Shown piece after piece: positions 23,923 to 36,478 of a DNA stretch of 64,000 nucleotides. Made by a program: the position numbers and the translations under genes. The notes beneath the pieces were generated by a model. The model made no database searches and was not told the DNA's origin. It saw only the letters and a list, made by a program, of their open reading frames with translations. Positions within the stretch are counted from its first letter, which is position 1; every line of letters starts with the position of its first letter. The DNA comes from Camelus ferus (taxonomy: Eukaryota). The DNA is taken from NCBI RefSeq assembly GCF_009834535.1, contig NC_045696.1, forward strand, positions 5,024,001 to 5,088,000, given 5' to 3'.

Positions 23923-24299
23923 TCTTTCTCTGTTATATTATGTTACAGTATCTTTTCCAATTTGCCATTTTCCTTTTCATGTTGTCTTGCTTAACTGCTT
24001 GCTTGCTTATTGCCATACGGAATTCCTAAATTGTTATATAATCAGATCCATCAAGATTTTACTTCCTAGTTTCTGGCTTGCATTCCATGCATAATGCTTT
24101 TTCTTTTCCCCAGAGTATGCACCTAAATTTCTTTTGAAAATTTTCTAAGTATCATTGGGAAAGCAAGGGTGAGGGAATGTTTTCTACACACAATATTTGG
24201 AATTAAAAGAAATGGTGTTTATGCTTTTTGATAACACATCTAAATAGCTGCATCAGAACAGGTCAGGAGATGTTTGGTGCTGGAGTCACCCATTCCTCT

Positions 24300-24480
24300 G
24301 GCTGGTGGGTCCCTATGTGTGGTCAGCAGCACCACCGTCTCATGGGAACTGTTAGACGTGCAGATCCTGGGGCCCCTCCCTGCACCTGCTGAATCAAATA
24401 CAGCAGAGCCCAGTCATCACTGCTTCAACCCGGCTGCTGGGTGATGCTGAAGCAGCTCCAGCCCAATGTGCCGCTGCTCT
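24300..24480. mobile_element. MER5A-like hAT-Charlie MITE
   Basis: cagcagcaccaccgtctcatgggaactgttagacgtgcagatcctggggcccctccctgcacctgctgaatca...gggtgatgctgaagca. Confidence 0.6.
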
Positions 24481-26430
24481 GGCTGCGGCAGACGGAGCTA
24501 CCCCCAGACCTCCCCTGTGTTTCCCCAGAGCAGCTTCCAGGGGTTAAACCTGACATTCTGTCCCTGTCACTGGGGACACACCCACTTAGAAGAGGACATT
24601 TTACTTACAGCTCATTTGCTGTTCACAAGCATGCACACAAACACACGTTTAAAGCCCTAGCTACACGCGTGCATTGACACGACTTACTCTTAGAACCTGG
24701 TGGATTTTAGAAAGAGCGCCACTGTTAACACACAGATTGAATGTTGAGTCAGAACTCACAATTCCCTCCCCATCAGGCCCCAAGGCTCTCTGGCAAGGAA
24801 GCCGGTGCTGGTGCAAGCGCCTGGAAGCCTCTGCAGGCGTGCTGTTTCCACGTTTAATACGGAAGGTCAGATGAGGCAAAACTCCAGCGCCTGTTGCATG
24901 AATGCTGCCCACGGGGGTGGGAAGAATAATGCTACAATCTTTCTTCACGGGGAACTGAAGTGATGCTGTTAAGCGTTCTTTCTTTCCTCCGCCTACTTTG
25001 AGGCATGCTTAAATGCATCCTACGCCTGTCTTGCACATGCGAACGGGGAAATGCACGATATAAATGTACATCCCCAAAGACTGTGAATTTAGGAAATCAG
25101 AAAGGAGGTGTTTTTAATTCTTGAGCATCATTTTGGCGGCTGTTCTGCTCCAATCTTGTGCTGTCAGAGCCCGAGTCACTGTGCTGACGCGTGCGCTTCC
25201 TGGCGTGAACGAGCCATGAATGAAAACCACCAACAACCCGGCATGCACTGCCCGCAGCACTCATTTCCATAGGAGCTGAGTCTTCCTGGCGGGTTTCTGC
25301 TTCATTTAGAGCCGTCAATGCCTCAATTAGTGCCTGCTCGCCTCCCCTGGGAGGGACAGTGACACATGTCCCTTCTCAAGCCTCTGAAATCTTAAAACCC
25401 CCAGAGAGCCGCTGGGTCATAAAGTATCTTCTGAGTAACAGCGCTGTTTGCCAAGAACACCTTGCTCCTTTCTGTTTCTTCCTTTGTTTAGATTTATTAG
25501 CTGCCATAAACAGGAGACACTGAGGGATGCCACCTGCCAGCAGTTATGCTGAAAATATCCCTGCAAATGTGCCAAGCGGGGGTTTACTGATGCTATGCCT
25601 GGATCTGAAGCTCATAAGCCCACAGCACAGAGCACGGGAAAGCATTGATTTTAGGTGCCTGTGTGCGAGGTGTGCGTGTGCATTTACTTATCCTGGCGTC
25701 TGGTCCTGAGCTGGGACACGATCTCCACCCCTTAGCATCATTAATCCTACAATTCAGTACGTGAGGGGAATTCTCTCCACTTTGAATTAAGAAAGAAAAG
25801 GCAGGTAGTTTGGGCTCCCACCAGGATGGGTTTAGCTGTGTTGCTGGTTCCTTCAGAAGAGGTGTTTCCCTGTCGGCAAAATTGTTGGTGATATTTTGCA
25901 CCTCCATATGGCATTCGTATAAAATTTTGCAGAAAGAATTTCAGATAATTTAAATTCTCCAAGGGCTCAGGCACTGTCCTCTGTGCCTCCAGCACACACA
26001 CGTACAGGTGTGCTCACATCCATGCACGTGTGTGACATGTGCATGCACGTATGTGCACCCTGTGCACTTACAGAAGAATACAGGCACTTGTGCACAATTA
26101 CAGGCACACGTGCACACACATGCGCCACCTGTCTGTTGATCTGCGGCAATGATCCCTTTGAAAACGCCCCTGGAAACCCTCTTCTTGGAGAGTATGCAGA
26201 CCGTCAGTCTGTTCTTTTCATACTGAGTTACCAGAATTTAGCTCTTTAAAAAAAAACAGACCTGCTTTTCCTTTTAACCTATGCTGTCAGTTTTCTAGGT
26301 GATACGAAGGATACAGCCATTATATTATTTGCCAAATTTATAAAGACTTCATTTAGAACCTGCAAAAGTGAAATTTACTTTTAAACATTTTTTTATCACT
26401 CAAGCTTTATAAAAACCATACAACATGGTT

Positions 26431-26578
26431 TTTTTAAACATTTTTTTTGAGTTATAGTCATTTTACAATGTTGTGTCAAATTCCAGTGTAGAGCACAATT
26501 TTTCAGTTATACATGAACATATATATATTCATTGTCACATTTTTTTCTCTATGAGCTATACACAATATCTTATGGTAG
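26431..26578 (-). mobile_element. Very short (148 bp) young L1 3' end with a 20-bp 5' inversion
   Basis: Matches the L1 3' terminus at 5466-5600. TSD CATACAACAT(G/T)GTT at 26417-30 and 26579-92, followed by AA (TGTT/AA site). Confidence 0.9.
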
Positions 26579-27032
26579 CATACAACATTGTTAAATCTTT
26601 AAAATCTCTAAGATCCCCTCATCGTAACACTGGTTTTGTTTTTCCCTCTGGCCCTTGCCTATAGGCATGTATGTGAAAAGCCCTTTAGCCTTGGTGGAAT
26701 GTAAGTCCAGTTGGGGAGACAAGTCATGGATGCAGATATTAGCTAAAGAAAAAGGACTAATACTACAAACCCTGCACAGCCTACAGAGGGCTTTTCACGT
26801 GTTTGATCCTTGCAGCTGTTCTGTGCTGAGGGAGGCATCACCATGGTACCCACGGAGCAGCCAGGCTCAGAGTGTAGACACTCACCTAAGTGTGTAGCTC
26901 GAGAACCAGCAGAGCCAAAACTCAGAGGCAGCTCTTCTGATTTCAGATATTGCTCTGTTTCCACAGCACCCTCACAGGATGCTCGGGGAAGGCTCTGGGT
27001 GCTTTGCCGGGGAAGGGAGAGATGACGCAGAG

Positions 27033-27188
27033 GGCAGTTCTGAGGAAGGGGTCCTCAGCCGTAAGCATGCCCCAAGTCACCTGGAGTGCTGGTTCAAACA
27101 GATTGCCAGCCCGGAAACTGGCGTTTTGAGCAAGTTCCCAGGTGACGCTTCTGCTGATCATTCAGGGACCGCCCTTGAAGAACCACTG
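27033..27188. mobile_element. MER5A-like MITE
   Basis: aagtcacctggagtgctggttcaaacagattgccagccc...gagcaagttcccaggtgacgcttctgctg...gggaccgcccttgaagaaccactg. Confidence 0.65.
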
Positions 27189-27239
27189 TTTCGAACAAAT
27201 TAGTAACAAAAATAGCTTGTAAGAATGCATATCTGTCCA

Positions 27240-27640
27240 ACTATTTTTGAAGGCTGTTTGGCACTGTCTCATAAATTTAAAGATACACATATACCTTGAC
27301 TAGAAATTTCATTCCTCTCTGTGTTCCCTAGAGAAATTCACGTACAAGGGACCAGGTTCATGTACAAAAATGTTTATGGTCGCATTGTTTGCAATGGCCA
27401 AATTCTGAAATGTTACTAATAAGTAAACCATAAATATTCATGCGAAGAAATAGCACACAGCAATGCAAATGCCTGCAGGCACCACATGTATATGTGACAG
27501 ATATAACAGATACGCGCACAAAACTCAAGCATGACGCGAAGTGAAAGCTGGAGGACACAAGACAGTGCAGCGTGATGCCACTGTAAACATAACTCAAAAC
27601 CAGGCAGGACGAAACTCAGCTATTTACGGACACATTCCCT
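27240..27640 (+). mobile_element. Ancient L1ME-type 3' fragment
   Basis: tttggcactgtct...ccttgactagaaatttcattcct...ctagagaaat...aaaaatgtttatggtcgcattgtttgcaatggccaaa. Confidence 0.55.
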
Positions 27641-27654
27641 GTATGACTGTGTTA

Positions 27655-27845
27655 AAATTTAGGCTCCACCACTTACTGTGGGGCCCAGAATGACTCATTC
27701 AGTCTGTCTAGGCCTCAATTTCTGTGCTCATAAAATCAGGATAATAATAGCACCTACCTCCTAGAGTTGCTGTAAAGATTAAAAGCTAATAAAATGACCA
27801 GCATAGGGCTTAGTGCAGGCCAGCTATAATTATCATCATTATTAC
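27655..27845 (+). mobile_element. MIR SINE
   Basis: MIR core: ggctccaccacttactgtg...gcctcaatttctgtgctcataaaatcaggataataatagcacctacctcctagagttgctgtaaagattaaa. Confidence 0.75.
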
Positions 27846-28429
27846 ACCAGGACTTTCTGTATCCCTGATACTAGCATAGTCAAATGATAAATGCAGGAAA
27901 AAATGATAATCAGAGTAAATAAGCCAGATGTTATAACCAAATCCAGATAAGCAAATTAACAAAAGCACATGGTGTATTTTTTGCAAGCTAATGGGAACAT
28001 CTCACTCGTGGCCAAATACGGAAGTGCTGTGGGGAGTGAATACTGATACAGATGAAGACCAAGTGGTCAAATTGGCTTCAGGCAAAAGGCAAAACGTCAG
28101 AAATTTTAAAATATGGTGGGGATGGCAGGGTCCACGGCAGGATCAAAGTCGTGGTCATTTGACAAGAAACTTCAAGTAGAGGAAGACCCTGGATACCCTG
28201 AAGACGGGGCTGGCATGAGCAGAACTGCCAGAAGACACGGCCCTGAACTCCAGGGAGCCCCAGGCGATGTGCCGTTGCAGCCGATACCTACAGGGTGAGG
28301 CGCAGGCCACCACCAGGAGCGTTAGTGGGATTATGGTTTATCTTCCTTCTCTTTGCTTCTCCCTGAGAAACAGTTGTGTATCAAGCACCTGCCTGTACAT
28401 TAGAACATGGCTTTGGACCGAACTCTTCT

Positions 28430-28900
28430 GTGTATCCATCCCTAAGCCATGGGAAACCACTGGTCCTGTTTCCATGGAAACTTCTTGCCTTTCAGGAATC
28501 ATATCCAAATACTTTAGAAGGGGAGGCTTGGCTGGAGAGAATCCACTTCAACAATCCTGCACCGGGTTGTTGGCTGGCGTTGGGTCCTTGCAGGTGGTTG
28601 GCCAGACACTTGCATCCCTCATGGTCCACTCTGTGGGCCTCTGGGTGTCCTGGTGACAGGTTGGCAGGCTGTCCTCAAGTGAGTGATGGGAGAGAGAGGA
28701 AGAGAGAGGGGACTCCAGTGCCCAAGATGGAAGCTCAGTCTTTTATGATCAAATCGCAGAGTGACACACCGCCATTTCTGCTGTTTTCTATTGGCACGGA
28801 GACCGACAACTCTGCGGAAATGTGGGAGGGGGCCGTAGGAGGGTTTGCGTACCAGAAGGGTGGGGATCACTGGGGACCCTCTCGGGGGCTGTCTGACACT
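28430..28900 (-). mobile_element. MaLR LTR (MLT1F/G-like), decayed
   Basis: aagatggaagctcagtcttttatgatc...gccatttctgctgttttctattgg...taccagaagggtggggatcactggggaccct...ggctgtctgacac. Left boundary uncertain. Confidence 0.55.
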
Positions 28901-29534
28901 TGGCTGATTGTTACTTTTTTTCTGATAAATTTTCTGGACCTCACTTAATTCATGATGACTTGATGGTCTGTTTTCTCACAATTTTTTATTTATTTTTTAC
29001 TATCACTGTTGGCAGAAAATCAAAGTCTACTCAATATTTGGTTTCTATCTAATTATTAGAAAGTTTTCTTTTTGGGCAAAACGTAGCATCTCTCCACATG
29101 ACCAGACGGGACAAAAAAAAAAAAAAAAAAGAACCCTAAGTGTCCTCTGTCTTTCCCCTGACACATTTAATCATGTCACGAGGCCCCAGCAAAGCGGCCA
29201 GGAAGTGGAGACATTGTCACTCTGGTTAAAGTTTAGCATCAAGTACAGCCCACTGTCGCTTGTGCTTGATTAATGGTTATAATCAAATGCAAGCATAATA
29301 ACCCAGCCGAGGAGATATTTTAGGATGCGCTAAGAACTTATTAATTCCTGGCTGGAGAAATCATTTTCTTTATGGGGATTAGAGCTGCCCAGTAGGCAGC
29401 CTCACTTGCTGAAACTTTTATGAACAACGTGGATTTGGACAGGAGGGATTTCTGATTCTGCGGCAGCGATAATGGCACTTTGTGTTTCTGCGGGGCCTTT
29501 CTTGGCGACGCACTCAGTGGGGTCCACGAACACA

Positions 29535-29660
29535 ATCTCATTAATCCTCCTCACAGCCTCGGGAGGCTGGAGGCCCCATTGTTCTTACAGATGAGGAAAC
29601 GGAGGTGCAGCTGAGAGGCAGGGACCCCAAACCGCGAAAAAGCCACTCAGCCTTTGAACG
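29535..29660 (-). mobile_element. MIR SINE fragment
   Basis: tctcattaatcctcctcacagcctcgggagg...ccccattgttcttacagatgaggaaacggaggtgcag. Confidence 0.7.
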
Positions 29661-29729
29661 TTGAGAAGAAGCAGGCACAGAATTGCAAACTGTTTTCTCT
29701 AGCAAATGGCTACTGACATTTTCAAGAAT

Positions 29730-30155
29730 AATGCTTTGTACCCCAGTGACCATCGCAGCATCATTCACGGTAGCAAAAGGTGGAAAGCAACCCAAGAGTC
29801 CATCAGCGGAAGAATGGATAAACAAAATATTGTACCTACACACAACAGAGTGTTATTCAGGCTTAAAAAGGAAGGCAATTCTGACACATACGACAACACG
29901 GATGAACCTTGAGCACATTATGCTAAGCAAAATAAGCCCGTCACAGAAGGACAAGTGCTGCGTGAGTCCACCGACATGAGGAGCTGGGGGCAGTCACATT
30001 CACAGGGAGAGTCCTGTAGAAGGGAGCACCAGGGCCGAGGGGGCAGCGGCTGGCGCTGGTGAAGGCTGCGCAGCGGTGTGGATGCACCCGACGCCACTGA
30101 GCTGTGGCTAAAATGATCCATTTTATGTTATGTACATTTCACTCCAATTTTTTGA
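29730..30155 (+). mobile_element. L1MB-type 3' fragment
   Basis: catcgcagcatcattcacggtagcaaaaggtggaaagcaacccaagagtccatc...ggatgaaccttgagcacattatgctaag...gtcacagaaggacaa...ttttatgttatgtacatt. Confidence 0.8.
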
Positions 30156-31594
30156 AAAGGAGAGGAATGCTAAGGAGAACATGTGTTTGCTGTGACTGGG
30201 AAACATGGCTGGAGGTCCTCAATGGTCCCCAGGTGATGTAAGTCTGGGAACCACAGTCACAGGGACGATCACATTGGTATGTTGCACCGTATTTGAAAGG
30301 GGTCTAACCCCTTCCCTCATTCAGGTTGCATCTGTCTGCACCACCTTTGTGATTAGAATAGAGGGGGTAGAATCATGTAGCCAGTGCTGCCGGCATCATC
30401 ACTCAAATACACCAGAGGCTTGCAGGAGAGATGCTGGAACCTTCATTCCGCAGCTGAGGACAGGGAGCCGTCAAGGATATCATGGGAAGTCTCCCCTGAG
30501 TGGGCCCAGCGCCCGATGGAGGATCTTCCAAGGAAACTCTGGCCACCCCTCGCCCCAGCAGGCAGGGTTCTGTGCGCCGAGGACCAGCCGCCTTGGGGCC
30601 TCTGCTGCAGTTTGGCAGAGGCTTTGGACGTGGGTTCAGAAGGCCCGGGTGTCCTCCTAGGTCTCCCGCTGACTGGTTGCACGGCTTCAGGCTCACTGCC
30701 TACCTCGCCTGACTCCGCGTCAGTGTGGGTGAGTGGAATGAGGCGTTCCTGCTCTGCTGAGAACACCTGTGTCTCTGTGAGATCACGCGTGTAGAAGTGA
30801 TCTGAAACTTGATGGACACAGAGGTCCAGGTGTGTGCTTTACTCTGTGTGGCTTAGCTTAGACCTGCTCTACTTCTGCAGACCCTGGAGACAGAAAGGAA
30901 GGGAGGGAAAGGGTCATCCTCTCAGGGAGTAAAGATCATTTTACTACATTACTTTTATGGCGACACTGATTTTTCTTCAGTCTTACTAGATGAAATAGCG
31001 CTTTGCGTTAGGGGAGGAGAGGGGCATAAAGGAGCAGGTGCCAGTTTAGCCAGCCTTCAACCCTCCAGTTCTCTGCTTCCTCACGTGTAAACAAAGAGGA
31101 AGGGGGCAGGATGTCAAGCAGGGAATGAATCCTAAAATTCTTTTATATTTTCATCTCAAATTTTTTTCCCTTCAAAATAGGTATTTGGAGTCTGGTTCTC
31201 TTTGATCATTTGCATATAAATTTAAATCCTATGATTCTGCTAGAAATGTTTTTTCTCCATCTCTCACACATGTTTGTAGTGTAATTTGGAACCCACTTAA
31301 AATGGCAGCTGTAAATATGTCTTGGGTCACTTCTAGGACCGGAGTTTCTATCCCATCGGGCTGTTGTGCAGAGTATATGAAAAATTTTCTAGCACGTGGC
31401 ATACATCAAAGATAAGTATTGTTATTATGGAGTGATGATCAAGAGAGAGAGGGAAGGAGAAAGAGGAAGAGGGATAAAATGAAAAGAAGGAAGGAAGGTG
31501 GACAGGAGGGAGGGGGAGTGAAGGGAAAATTAGAAAGAGAAAGGGAAGGAGAGGACGGTCAGAGCTGGAAGCACTTGGAGCTCATCCAGTCGAG

Positions 31595-31850
31595 TTGTTC
31601 CAGTCCAGGCTGTGTATTATATTAGGGTGCCTGGAGAGCTTTGAAGAAACCCATTTCTGAGCCCCGCCCCAAGAGACTCTGAGCAGTTGGTCTGGGCCGG
31701 GGCCTGGCATTGGTATATTTTCAAAGCTCCTCAGCTGATTCCCACCACTGCGATGCAGCCCGGGTTGAAGCACCTGGTCCCATTCAGCCCTCCTGTGACT
31801 CAGATGAGAAAACAGGGCCCCAGGGCAGCCCATGGTCTTGCCCACTCACA
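31595..31850. mobile_element. MER5B-like MITE followed by a MIR fragment
   Basis: cctggagagctttgaagaaacccatttctgagccccgccccaagagactctga...ggcattggtatattttcaaagctcctcagctgattc, then cagatgagaaaacagggcccc. Confidence 0.6.
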
Positions 31851-34800
31851 GCAGCGTGTCTGTGGATGGTGTGATGTTGGAGCCCAGCCTCCCAGCCCTC
31901 TTTCTCTCCTCCTCCCCTGATCGGACATGGGTGAGAGGACCAGAGCTCTAACCCAAAGCCACTAGATCCCAAGCTACACCTGCAGAGTCCAGAGCAAGGC
32001 ACTTCCACGGCTCTCCACCCTGAGCAGCAGAACTCAAGAAGACAGTGCCTGATCTTTGTGACGCTCACTGCTTCACGGTTTCACCTAAGTCTCTTTTATG
32101 TATTCAGAATAATGAAAATTATGTATCTAGCAAATTTTGATTGATGAAATAATAGCAAAAATAACTTTTGATTCAAATCTCTGTTCATTGCGGACACAAG
32201 GAGTGAGCGTAGGGCTGTTCAACTTTCTATGTGTTTGAAAATTTTTATAGTCAACTGTCGGGAAGACATAAAAAAAGAGGAAGAAGAAGTAGCTTGTAAA
32301 ATGTGCCCATGTCTCAGAGCACCTCCCTTCCTGGCCCTCCCAATAGAAACCCGAGTGTCCCTGCCTCTAGTTTCCATCTTGGGTGTTGGGGCAACCTTGC
32401 GGCCTTGTTCTTGGCCTCACACCCGCCTCTGCCACCTCTGTTCTGACCACGTGGAAGGACTGAGGGGCTTCGCAGGATGCAGGTCTTGCCTGCTCAAGCA
32501 TGGGAAGTCCGGGGCGCTCGGGGAGGCTGGCGGTCACCACTGGTGACGGCAAGGACGGTTTTCAGACAGGGCCCATTAAAGTCCGAACCTGCTTGACTCT
32601 GGTATCTGGGCCTGTGACCCTCCTTCCTCTTCTCTGGTTTTCTCTTTTTCTGCAGGATAAAGGGATTAAACAGACGATCTGGACAGGCGTAGTGCCCAGT
32701 TTATCCAAGACATTTAGTATTTCCTGTTGTTTCTTTTCAAGTGGTCTTTTAAGCAGAGCTAGGGAGGGAGAAAAGAAACAAAACTGTATTAGGCTCAGTT
32801 TTGTATCATTGGTAGAGGCATTAAAACAGGAGAGTAAAGTTTAGAAATTATCCATAATATCAGTGATTTATTAATATATGTTTTATTTTCTCTATATCCA
32901 TATGTTGAAAAATTAATATGTGCATCAATTTATTGCTGAATTTCCTGTCGAAATGTACAGTGATGTGCTGTTCCTATTTGCAGGATGTATGGTTATGAAT
33001 AAGGTTGGTTATGGCTCTTAGGTAAACTCACCATCTTCTCAGTGCCTCTGGCTTGATGGAAACATCTGTTAAAATCATTTTTGTAGCGACATACCCTCCT
33101 ACATAATGTTCTGGGAAATTCTGGGAAATGTTAAACAACTAGCTGATGGGGGTGGAGGGAGGAAAGAAAGCCCTAATTTCTCGCACTGGCCAGTTCCAGT
33201 GCTGTAACTCCTCCCACCATTGCCAGTTTCAAAATAGATGGCGTCACTGGTCTGCAGAGTTGAACTCCGCGTGCGGAACCGGCTTTCCCTGGTGGGTGGC
33301 GCGGCTCCCCTGTGCCACTGCGTCTTTACGCTGCAAGCAGGTAGGTCGGAGGAGCCTCTATACTGCAAGAACGCAGATTTGCTGAACATTAAGGTGCTGT
33401 TAGGCGATACCTGGTTTATGAAGGAAATTTATGAACTGAAATGTACCAAAGTAAAACAGCACTCTCCAAAATGGGCAGTTTTCCAGGAAAAACATGTGGC
33501 ACGCAGTCTGTGAGCAAAGCCCTCTTGGTCTGGATTTCCTTCCCTCCCCGGCCTCCCCTTGGTGCCCGTTCCCATTACACCCCCACAGCCATTCGCTCTG
33601 TATCCGGGACCCTGGCAGAAAGCACTGCTCTGCTGATGTTGTCATCTCTCAGCACCTGTGGCTGTGACGGGTGAGAAGGTCATGCCTTCAAACATGAGCG
33701 CTGCAAAGAGCAAGGGTAACAGTCACTTTCTAAAAAAAATCCTTTTGACCATTTCTTCAAAGAGCTGAAAAGACTTGGGTGGGACAGAACATGGGTTTGT
33801 CAGACCATTTCTGATGATTCACCAGAACTAAAATACCCATTTTAGTGGGGCATTTTTCCAAAGGAGAAATAGGAGTAAAAGAGAAGCTTTTTTTTTTTTT
33901 TTAGCAGAGTAAGTCAGTCAAAACATAAACCAGGGGCCCATGATTTAGTCAAGGTTATTCTCCCACGTAGAGTGCGATAAAGCTTTTCGTTGGTAAGAAA
34001 AGGAAAAAGCAAAAACAACCAAGGCTCAAAGCATTGCTGCGTTTACTTGGAGACCAGTCATGTGTTCTTCTAGCAGGACGTCTGCACACTCGGGATGAGC
34101 GCCGGCCTCCACGGTGCGTTTGCTCCCGCGCGTAGCGGCTCACGGGGTAGGGCAGCAACGCGTCCGGGCTGAGAGTGACAGAGTGCCGCGGACTAGGAAG
34201 GGTCACACTTCCAGCTCCTCACAAGAAATCTGTGTTTTTTTCATACTCTGCCATTTTACAAATTTCTTGTCTTTTAGCAAATACCGCACAGTGAGAAATC
34301 CTCTCTGAGGCCTTTAGACGCTCACGGCCCGGGAGGCATTAGCGCGGACTGATTTCTAGAACACAGCTTCGCAGCCAGAGTGTCTCCCTTCTGGGCTCAG
34401 CCCCAGGGCTTCCGGGAATCGGGCTCTTGACAGGAGGCACCAGGGGGCCACGTGCCAAAGCTAAATTGTACGTGGGTTTCATGTTTCCTGGCTTTGAAAG
34501 GAGACATGAGAAGTAGCTGTTTTCTTCTTCTTAGGCCTACAACAGGCTTATTGACACTTTTGCAATTTAGGTCACTTTTGGTGGCCTTGGGGTCCTTAAT
34601 GATCATGACCTAGTCCTCTGGCATTATGAGAAAAAAAATCTTGGTTTGTGGATTTGGTGCAAAAATGAAAATGTCTTCAGTAAAGAAGTCTCGTGAAGAA
34701 GATGTGGCCAAAGGCCTGAGCAGACCACAGCCCCCAAATCAAAGCCCAAAGCCCACTCCGTCCCCCATCTGAAGACCCCACCTCCCCTGGGGCGTGAGGA

Positions 34801-35679
34801 ATCCCCCACCATCAGACACATGGAGATGCTTGTTGTTGCTCAGGTAATGCTGACTGTGTGCTGTAGGCTGGCTTCTTTTATCCTCTCAATAATTACTTCC
34901 ATTTCCGTTTGACAAAAAATGAAACTGAGGCACAGAGTAGTTAAGTGACTGTCTAGGGCCACACAGTGAGCCAATGTCACACCTGAGGATTCAGATTCAG
35001 GCAACTACTGCGTCGTACAGGCTGATGACAACCCAACCCATCAACACTGAGCATTCAGCGGGGGCTTGTTTTGGAAACAATATGCATTGTGTACTACATC
35101 CTTCTCTGCAGAGTCATGCAATAGAAATTGTTTTCCAATGTAGAACATATGCTATATTTTCCCAAAGAGTCTAGACCTATGATTAAGGTCAGCTCAGAAC
35201 GATTCCCAGTCTCCTGTTATAGAAAAATACAAAGTAATAATGGATAAACATAATAGTTTAATTCTGTGTCATGTAAACTTTCTTTTTCTGGAGTGAGGCA
35301 GGCCAAGTTTGGGATCACAGCTTCAGAGTGTCATCAAAGACCCCAGCTCCCATCTTCAGAGTCACCTCCTGATCCAAGATAGTAGCTGCTGCTCCAGCTA
35401 TCCTGATTGCAGGTTGGCACAGGAGAAAATAGAAGAAGGAGATGTATCAGAAAAACCTCACAGATTGACCTGGCCTCTCCCCGTGACCATGTTCAGAAGA
35501 GTGATCCCAGCCATCATAGTGCACTGGGCAGGCTGGGCTCCCAGGTGGGGCTCCATGCAACAGGCGGGTGTGGCCCACTGCCCCAGGCACAGGTGTCCTT
35601 CAAACATAGAATAAGAATTTTCCTTACAGTGGCATCATTTCACTAAACCTCAACCATAGGGAATATATTAATGACAAAA

Positions 35680-36045
35680 ATGAAGCAAAATGTAGTCTAT
35701 CCATGCAGTGAAATAGTATTCAGCAACAAAAAGGGCAAAAAAAGTACTGGTATACACTATAATCTGGATGAACCTTGAAAACATGCACAGTGGGAAAAAA
35801 TCCAGAAAGCTAGACACACACACAACATTTGTCATAAGATCCTGTTTATAGGAAATGTCTAGAAAAGGCAAATCTAGATGGTTGTGTAGGACCCAGAGTG
35901 GGGAAGGAAAGTAATCCTAAATGGACAAGAGGAGTCTTTAGGGGGGGTGTAAATGCTCTGAAATTTGGTGTAGCGATGATTGTGCAGCTCTGTATTCTTG
36001 TGTTGGGTTGTAATGGTGTGTGCGTGTGTTGGATGCTGTGAATAT
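35680..36045 (+). mobile_element. L1MB/L1MC-type 3' fragment
   Basis: aaaatgtagtctatccatgcagtgaaatagtattcagcaacaaaaag...tggatgaaccttgaaaacatg...ggaaatgtctagaaaaggcaaatcta. Confidence 0.7.
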
Positions 36046-36049
36046 CCTT

Positions 36050-36478
36050 GCTTGTGGTTGAACAGTGCTCCCTCAAAACCCATGTCCATCTCAGAATATG
36101 ACTTTATGTAGAAAGAGGGCGTTGGCAGGTGGACTTAGTTAAATGAAGTCACACTGCACTAAGATGGGTCTCAAATCCAGTGACTGGTGCCCTGTAAGAA
36201 ACCCATATGAAAACACAAAGAAACGTTGGAGGAGGAGCTCCTGGTGAGGATGGGGCAGAGATGGGAACAGTGCTGCCACAAGCCACACAGTGCCAAGGCC
36301 CCAGGCACTGGAAGAGGTGAGCATAGTTCTTCCCAGCATCCTCAGGGAAGCGGGGTTCTGCTGTCACCTCAGTTCTGGACTGACCCCCAGAACCTCCAGA
36401 ACCATGAGGAGATGCAGGTCTGTGGGGGGCTGCTCAGCTCATGGTAGTTGGTCACAGCCACGCCGGGAGGCAAAGACA
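36050..36478 (+). mobile_element. MaLR LTR (MLT1B/C-like)
   Basis: tgtggttgaacagtg...tcagaatatgact...ttaaatgaagtcacactg...aaatccagtgactggtgccctgtaagaa...ccagaacctccagaaccatgag. Confidence 0.7.

Noticed and set aside
25990..26125. Alternating purine-pyrimidine (CA/TG/CG) tracts, also 39633-39678, 48872-48938 and 51771-51799
   Set aside because: These are decayed microsatellites. Z-DNA potential is generic and nothing indicates function.
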